Of a DNA stretch of 32,259 bases, positions 25,136 to 32,259 are shown one piece after another. The first letter of the stretch is position 1, and each line of letters opens with the position of its first letter. The stretch is from Catajapyx aquilonaris (taxonomy: Eukaryota). Made by a program: the position numbers and the translations under genes. A model generated the notes under the pieces. It was not told the origin of the DNA and did no database searches. It saw nothing but the letters and a program-made list of their open reading frames with translations. The stretch covers positions 1 to 32,259 of the forward strand of contig JYFJ02004507.1 of assembly GCA_000934665.2 (NCBI GenBank), given 5' to 3'.

Positions 25136-25346
25136 TTGATCCATCAGAAAATATGTCAACTGCAAGTGATGCAACCAAATGTACGCAATATACACCATGC
25201 AAGGGTGGCGACATGATTGCCCAAGTAGCAGGTTCGGTTGCGGCACGTGAGATCCCAAGTGTCGCCAGGAGTGATTATTTGGGAGAGGACAAAGCTGAAG
25301 GTGATGACATTGTGCACATTGCAGAAGAGGAAGAAGTTATCAGCAT
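25136..25346 (+). CDS. THAP gene, acidic exon 3
   Basis: ttttaattttcag acceptor and gtaagt donor; phase 1-2, open frame ending IAEEEEVIS. Confidence 0.78.
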
Positions 25347-25548
25347 GTAAGTTAACCAACCTTGACTTGGATATTGCCAGACAATCCTGGATGAGTGTGA
25401 CCTAATCATGTGAGTCAATTATTGAATGAAACATGAGAGCTGCGACTTATTCTGATGCATGGTTGGCTGTCTCTACCATCCATTACTAGCTGACATTTAA
25501 TGAAAGATACACAGTGCAGAGTATTTCTGTGCAATTGAATGTGACCAA

Positions 25549-25767
25549 AGGCTGGTATCCACAGCTCAATATCAAGGGGTTTCAACCCTTTCAACCCCTT
25601 GAATCAACCCCTTGAGCAGGCTTGAACCGAGTAGAGCATGGCCCTACTTGAATCAATGGATTGAATCAAGTAGGTCCATGTTCTACTCGGTTCAAGCCCC
25701 CCAAAGGGTTCATTCAAGGGGTTGAACGGGTTGAAACCCCTTGATATTGAGCAGTGGATACCACCCT
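25549..25767. mobile_element. Palindromic Harbinger-type MITE
   Basis: TIR AGG.TGGTATCCAC.GCTCAATATCAAGGGGTTTCAACCC; flanks CAA and TAA (imperfect TSD). Confidence 0.72.
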
Positions 25768-26006
25768 TAAGGTAACAAGAGATAATTTCAACACCATATG
25801 GAAACGTATGCCATTTCTGATGTAGATACTGCACAAAATGGAGTCTAGAAATTACGTCACCTGAAAGAAGCTCATCTCTTTTCGATTTGTTATTAATTTT
25901 ATATTGAAATGGAAAATAGCCGAGAAGAAAAATGACATTTTTATGAGAAACTGTTGGAATTATCCCATAATATGCGGCAATTACAACAGCATGCATTGTT
26001 GTAGAC

Positions 26007-26145
26007 CAGTGGTTCCCAACTTTTTTCAGGTCGCGACCACCTTTTGTGAAAGTCAGGGAACCTTCGACACGGACATTTATTGCAAGTAAAAATTTCCGCA
26101 GCCACCCTGGGAAAGGCTTTGCAACCCACATGTTGGGAAGCACTG
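26007..26145. mobile_element. hAT (Charlie-like) MITE
   Basis: TIR CAGTG.TTCCCAAC with exact 8-bp TSD TTGTAGAC. Confidence 0.88.
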
Positions 26146-26797
26146 TTGTAGACTCTACAGAATGGTCAGTTAGTGTTGCATTTACTGCAGATATGATAAA
26201 TGCAACATCTGAAATATGTACAATTTTGCGAGTATCACAGTTTTCACTACTGTTTCCTGGAAATTAGTAAAGTGCCACCAGAAAATCACAGAAGTGAAGG
26301 AAAGGCCTGATTCAAAACAAATTTTTAAAATGTGAAATAATTTTTTCCCATGTAACACTTTTGCTGCCAGCTACTCCGGCCATTGCCTAGATTTTCGCTT
26401 ACAAGTACTATATACGTCATATTGTTTCATACCCCCTGCAAACGAGCTTTATCCTGGCTATCCTATGCAACCTGCACGGCATGAGTCAGCGGCAACAGGG
26501 CTTGGGGGGTTGGCCGGCTACGGAACCAGGTGGGTGTCGCTGGGCTGACCTTGCGTTCCCCGTAAGCGATAAAGCCTTCACATTTTTTGACTTGCCCATG
26601 CCGGGGGGAAAATAACCATGTGTCCTTTCACTAATGCGCGCATACGAGCTTGATGGCTGCATTCTGCATATAATCAGATATCATTGAACTTATAGGGAGC
26701 ATTCTGTTTGCTTTTTTGTGCTGATTGTGTACTGCNGGGGGAGTCATTTGAATGATAAGAACCAGTCAAACAAGAGCGATATTTGAATTTTTTTTCC

Positions 26798-27140
26798 GGA
26801 GGTGAAGTGGCGCTGCGGTAACGCTCGCGCCCACGGATATTAAGGTCCCGGGTTCGATCCCCACCTGGGGTTCCCACCTTTATCCGTGCAGAGTTGGGCC
26901 ATCTCTGGCTTCACTTCGGGTGGCAATTTACGACAGACTAAGCCACCCGGGGGAGCTCACAAAATGACGATTAGAGACATTGCACTTGCACTTTGCACAT
27001 CCCCTCCTACCTACCCTGAAGTAATTAATTAAGATCTTCTTATACGGCTCCAATTTATGATGGTGGTAATCCACCCCCCTAAAGGATATGGTAAATCCCA
27101 ATGGGGTAATGCAAAAAAATTAATAATAATAATAATAATA
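26798..27140 (+). mobile_element. tRNA-derived SINE with LINE-like 3' end and (TAA)n tail
   Basis: A box TGGCGCTGCGG, B box GGTTCGATCCC; (TAA)n at ~27121-27140. Confidence 0.8.
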
Positions 27141-27700
27141 AATATTATTATTATTAATTATGAATCGCATAACTTCAGCATATGACGTCACCATATCAAT
27201 TTCGCGACAATTGCATCACTTTCGTTAAATTGTCGGAATGTCATTATGACAATTTCTACTGTCTCTAATATATTATGATATAATACTTTTCGATGTATTG
27301 ACTATATACGATCATTTATTGAACAATGCCTAAAAGGATCGCTAATTCAAAAGAAACCTGCACTTCCTGTTATATACTGTAAAAAAATGGCAAAGGTTCA
27401 TTGTAATTATAATTTTAATGCATTTTATTCTTTGGGGTCCCAAAAGACCCCATGGCACGGTTCCAGGGTTAACTAATTGATGCATTTAAAAGGAGCGTGG
27501 GAAGGGGGGGGGGGGGTCATTTGAATGATAAGAACCCATCAAACAAGAGCGAATGCCAGCAAAGGCTGGATGCCTCAGGGGTTCCAAGCCTGTCTGGAGC
27601 CACAGCTGAATTATTTTCAATTGTTTTCTTCTGTTAATATTTTTTCACCCTGGTATTGTCCTCAAATGATAATTTTACAGATCCCCTGTGTAAAACTATA

Positions 27701-28127
27701 CAGGGTGTATCTGAACTCAGTGCACAGACGTATATATGACTGCCTTCCTAGCCACCAGAGGATCGATTTAAGTATAGCAGTCATTATGTCTGGCCGCCGC
27801 ATTACTGAGATAATTGGCCGCAAACATGTAGTACAAAATGTCCTGTCGGTTAGGCCACCCATCGAACCCTCCCCCAGTCAGAAGGCTCTGGAAGGTCTGG
27901 GGACCGGACTTTGTTGGTTTGTTGCCCACAGGTGGTAAGGCCTCTTTGGCTAGTTACACCAGAAAATTCCATTTCAAAGTCAGAAGGAGCGATTAGGTAA
28001 AAATCGCTAAAGAGTGTAACTCAGTAATGAGGCTGCCCAGACTTAATGACTCCTCTACATAAGTTGATCCTCTGGTGGCTAGGAAGGCAGTCAAATACAT
28101 TGGGGCACTGAGTTCAGATACACCCTG
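27701..28127. mobile_element. Tc1/mariner-type MITE (CAGGGTG ends)
   Basis: 23-bp TIR CAGGGTGTATCTGAACTCAGTGC with TA TSD; the exact empty site is present in the opposite foldback arm (~29156-29172). Confidence 0.9.
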
Positions 28128-29742
28128 TATATTGGCCGGAAATATCCCCCGGACGTAATTATTCGTCCCTTGACCTACCCTTAAACCCGCGCGAATTTTG
28201 GCGGTGTGGACACGGGATTATTTGGCATAAACAAACGAGATATTGAGCACCCATTCCATGGTTCCATGATGGTGCAAATCTATAGGTCTGACATGATACT
28301 TCTGACGAACTAAAATAAAGACTGGGATGCCCACACACAAAAGCTGACAGTAAGCAGCAGGGCAAGACATACTCAAATACTATACAGACCGTGTCTGTAA
28401 GATGCCAACAAAATTTGTGCTAACGAAGGCAATGTTATAGCATTTACTTTGCCTTTTCATTATTTTGGGGACAAACGTTTCTAGTCAGCATATAACATTT
28501 CACGTCTGCATTACGCTTCATTGACTGCATGAACCAATTTCAGCATGAATATTGGAAGCAAGAATATCAAGCGTGGTATTTAATATTTCACGATGCTTAT
28601 TAACTAACTTGCTTTTGATCTGGTTGCTGATGTTTCAGTTTTATGAAGTGCCTTTTTTTCCCGAGGTATATGCTTCCCCAAATTGGCTAATCCGTAGTAC
28701 GTGTTGTGGAAATAATGAATGAATGAAATAAAATAGGCAGAAGAGGAAAAAGCAACTCACCCTGCTTGAAAGATCGTTGTGTTTTCATCGCTTCATGTGC
28801 TGCTTCCGGTGTCCTGAGAGAGAGGGACGCAGATTGCATCCCAAAGTAAAAGCTATAACATTGCCTTCATTAGCACGAATTTTGTTGGCATCTTACAGAC
28901 ACGTCCTGTATAGTATTTGAGAGTGTCCTGCCCTGCTGCTTACTGTCAGCTTTTGTGTGTGGCAATCCCAGTCTTTATATTACTTCCTCAGAAGTATCGT
29001 GTCAGACCTATAGAATTGCACCATGATGGAACCATGGAATGGGTGCTCAATATCTTGTTCGTTTATGCCGAATAATCCCATGTCCACACCGCCAAAATTC
29101 GCACGGGTTTAAGGGTAGGTCAAGGGACAAATAATTACGTCCGGGGGATATTTCTGGCCAATATATAGTTTTAGACAGGGGATCGGTAAAATTATCATTT
29201 GAGGACAATGCCGGGGTGAAAAAATATTAACAGAAGAAAACAATTATTGAAAATAATCCAGCTATGGCTCCAGCCGGGCTTTGAACCCCTGAGGCATCCA
29301 GCCTTTGCTGGCATTTGCTCTTGTTTGATCGGTTCTTATCATTCAAATGACTCCCCCCCTCTTCCCACACTCCTTTTAAATGCATCAATTAGTTAATTGC
29401 AGCAGCACACAATCAGCACACAAAACCAAACAGAATGGTCCCTAGAAGTTCAATGATATCTGATTATATGCAGAATGCAACCATCAAGCTCGTATGCGCG
29501 CATTTAGTGAAAGGACACGATGGTTATTTTTCCCTCAGCATGGGCAAGTCAAAAAATGTGAAGGCTTTATCGCTTATGGGGAACGCAAGGTCAGCCCAGC
29601 AACCCCCACCTGGTTCCGTAGCCGGCCAACCCCCCAAGCCCTGTTGCCGCTGACTCGACTCTGTTATCATGCCGTGTGGGTTGCTTAGGATAGGCAGGGT
29701 AAAGCTCGTTTGCGGGGGGTATGAAACAATATGACGTATATA

Positions 29743-30179
29743 CAGGGTGTTCATGAAAAACACCGACACACCTATAACAACCCCCGACTTAGGGACCAGA
29801 CGATCACATTATGTAGATGAGTGATTATTCGTGGGCCGTCTCATTACCGCACAAATTGCCTTCAAACAGGTAGTATCAAATATCCTGGAAGTTAGGCCAC
29901 CCATCGAACCCTTCCCCAGTCAGAAGGGTCTGGAAGGTCTGGGGGCCGGACTTTGTTGGTTCGTTGCCCACAGGTGGTAAGGCCTCTATGGCTAGTTACA
30001 CCTGTAAATTCTATTTAAAAGTCAGAAGGAGCTATTAGGCAAAAATCGCTAATCAGCAACGAGTCAATTATCTCAGTAATGAGGCGGTGTGGACATAATG
30101 ACTCCTCTACATAAAATGACCCTCATGTTACCATTGGCCACTGGTTATCAGTTTGTCTGTGTTTTTCATGAACACCCTG
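29743..30179. mobile_element. Tc1/mariner-type MITE (CAGGGTG ends, different TIR)
   Basis: 21-bp TIR CAGGGTGTTCATGAAAAACAC with TA TSD; absent from the left arm (~26405-26420). Confidence 0.88.
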
Positions 30180-30403
30180 TATAGTACCTATGGGTAGAGC
30201 GTAAATATGTAAGTGTAGCTGTTATTATTTGTAAAATATCTTGTCCTTATCTTCAGAGTGCTTGTTAGTGAAAATCTAGGTGATGGTGGTATTGCTGGTT
30301 GCAAAGGGGTTAAATTAGAACGGAAAGAAAACGTAAATTTTCACATTGGTATTGCTCCATGTTGGAATTACCCAGTGTTACATTTTGCAAGTAATCATTT
30401 GCA

Positions 30404-30927
30404 ATTAACATTGGGATTGTTGCAGGTGCTTTAGGGACTTGTTCTCATGGGTACTTTCTTCATTGCAGGTATGGAATAGACCACTCGTATGCACTCGACC
30501 AATTTTCTGCAACCATGCCAGTGTTCTCTCTAGAAGCTGTCAACAAAGCGGCTCAATTGGAAGCAGGATACAAGCATGGAGACCTTACTTGCCACCAACA
30601 TCCAAGCAAACTGTCCGAAGGAGCTGGACCAGTGTCCACCAGCATGACAAAGCAAGCGTCAAAAGATTAACATTGGGATTGTTGCAGGTGCTTTAGGGAC
30701 TTGTTCTCATGGGTACTTTCTTCATTGCAGGTATGGAATAGACCACACGTATGCACTCGACCAATTTTCTACAACCATGCCAGTGTTCTCACTAGAAGCT
30801 GTCAACAAAGCGGCTCAATTGGAAGCAGGATACAAGCATGGAGACCTTACTTGCCACCAACATCCAAGCAAACTGTCCGAAGGGGCTGGACCAGTGTCCA
30901 CCAGCATGACAAAGCAAGCGTCAAAAG
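30404..30927 (+). repeat. 262-bp tandem duplication of intron end + exon start
   Basis: 30404-30665 and 30666-30927 are near-identical (few substitutions), with AT microhomology at the junction. Confidence 0.95.
30469..30670 (+). CDS. THAP gene, alternative truncated last exon (DHSY motif, early stop)
   Basis: ctttcttcattgcag acceptor, phase 2; YGIDHSYAL...KQASKD then TAA at the duplication junction. Confidence 0.45.
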
Positions 30928-31172
30928 ATGCTCCACCTGCAACCAGCAATTTATCGGAATTGCCATGGTTATGTAGGAAGTGCGGAAAGCGCTTCAGGAG
31001 GAGCCATTCACTGCGGACACACTTGTCTTTGGTTCACAAGATTATTGTGTGGCCTTGCGAAACATGCAAGAAGCAGTTTCAGACTGAGGGGAAGCTGAAA
31101 TTCCATCAAAAGGCATGCATAGAAAAGCTAATGAAACCAGCAGTAAAGAGACAAGTAGAGAGACTTACTTGA
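30731..31172 (+). CDS. THAP gene, last exon: HCF-1-binding motif + C2H2/C2HC zinc fingers
   Basis: Phase-2 join to exon 3 gives YGIDHTYAL; CRKCGKRFRRSHSLRTHLSLVH and CETCKKQFQTEGKLKFHQKAC; the joined protein is 335 aa. Confidence 0.8.
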
Positions 31173-31771
31173 GGAAGCCTGAGGCAGATAATTCACTTCA
31201 AGCAATAAACGCGAAGATCCCAGTCACATATGTTAGGAAAGAGCAAATGAAGCTAGACAAGCAGCACAGCATGAAATCCCATAATGGTGTACTCTCAAGC
31301 AGCACAAAACTTCCAGCGAAAGCACCAGAAGATGAAACCGTCATAGTGATGCCGGTTTCAAAGACTTGCTTGAGCATACCGAACACTATGCAACTTCCCG
31401 ATAAACAGGTTCAGCTGATTAGGTACACTGAGGAGGAGCAATTACTAGGCAAATCGACGAACCCAAGGGCACAAGCCATGAAGAGCGCACTCAAATTGAC
31501 TGAAGCTGACACTGGCGTGGATGATTCGACTAAAAAGAACAATGCATCCAATAATGTTTTCCAGGAGGTGAAGATTCACGGGATTGTGAAACCCGAGCAC
31601 AAAGCAAAGTTTCCAAAAGGCATTGCAATCCATCCTGTTAGAGAGAGTCAACTGACCAAAGATGTGAAGTTGCAAATACTCCCTACCAACCTGGAGCAGG
31701 AATCACAATCGCAAGGAGTGATTCAACCACATAAGGTCAAGCATTGGAATGAAAATATAATAAACCAATAA
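31160..31771 (+). CDS. Probable frameshifted C-terminal continuation of the THAP/zinc-finger protein
   Basis: ~200-codon open frame overlapping the zinc-finger ORF stop; K/S/Q-rich; followed by AATAAA motifs at 31767-31790. Confidence 0.55.
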   Translation, partial: ETYLRKPEADNSLQAINAKIPVTYVRKEQMKLDKQHSMKSHNGVLSSSTKLPAKAPEDETVIVMPVSKTCLSIPNTMQLPDKQVQLIRYTEEEQLLGKSTNPRAQAMKSALKLTEADTGVDDSTKKNNASNNVFQEVKIHGIVKPEHKAKFPKGIAIHPVRESQLTKDVKLQILPTNLEQESQSQGVIQPHKVKHWNENIINQ

Positions 31772-32259
31772 ATAATAATAAAATAAATAAACCCAAGTCA
31801 GGTCAAAGTATTCACTACTCCTGCTGCTCAACTAGGAACATTGCTCTCCAACAACAGAGTCTTTACACAGAATGTTGTATATCGCGAGGTTTTATGAAAA
31901 AGACTTTTCTCATGTCCGACTCAAGAAGCATAGCCTACAGTATGTTTATTGATTCAATGCCACTAAATTTTTCAACCCCGTCTTACGACCAGATATACGC
32001 TATTTCTTAGTTGTCACTCCGCGAGCCCTCTCATTCCATTTTTTCATTCCCATTGTCCTCATTGCAGGGTTTGCCAAATTTTGGCTACGGGTGCGCTAGT
32101 AAATTATGAATGCCTAAACTGAGGGAGTTACTTTCTAGGCTTTGCACCTTAACATATGGGCCTCTGGTACAGGCTATAGTCATTGATGGGGTGGCACTCT
32201 TAACCCAGATATGCCGGGGAAAGATTTTGTTGAATTTGTGAACCTTTTTTTTGTTTCTA

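Larger units (their letters stand above)
26356..30309. mobile_element. Large foldback element with ~0.95-kb inverted arms and a 390-bp spacer
   Basis: Segments 26356-26735, 27470-27700 and 28130-28451 are the reverse complement of 28842-29742 and ~30257-30309. Ends are GTAA|CACTTTTGC and GCAAAGGGG|TTAA. Confidence 0.8.

Noticed and set aside
25604..26143. 179-aa minus-strand ORF and similar short ORFs
   Set aside because: They run through MITEs or SINEs with no domain motifs; spurious.
19384..26880. tRNA genes at the three A/B-box loci
   Set aside because: No clean cloverleaf or T-run terminator; each continues into a SINE body.

Overview
Eukaryotic (probably invertebrate) genomic DNA, very rich in transposable elements; no prokaryotic operon, rRNA, true tRNA or CRISPR array was seen. 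The left end holds a young, near-intact non-LTR retrotransposon on the minus strand (L1-type ORF1; APE+RT ORF2 running off the window), head-to-head with a 5'-truncated related LINE. About 5-23 kb is a mosaic of a non-autonomous Helitron, mariner and Tc1 relics, MITEs with PIF/Harbinger-, piggyBac-, hAT-, Kolobok-, pogo- and Sola2-like ends, and tRNA-derived SINEs. This mosaic overlies traces of a decayed minus-strand gene with three LSGCxG (UBA/CUE-like) repeats. At 24.4-31.8 kb a spliced plus-strand gene encodes a THAP domain, an HCF-1-binding DHxY motif and zinc fingers. Its third intron holds a ~4-kb foldback element with ~0.95-kb arms, and a 262-bp tandem duplication creates two competing acceptors for the last exon. 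All calls come from manual reading, with no database searches; superfamily labels rest on terminal and target-site-duplication (TSD) signatures.
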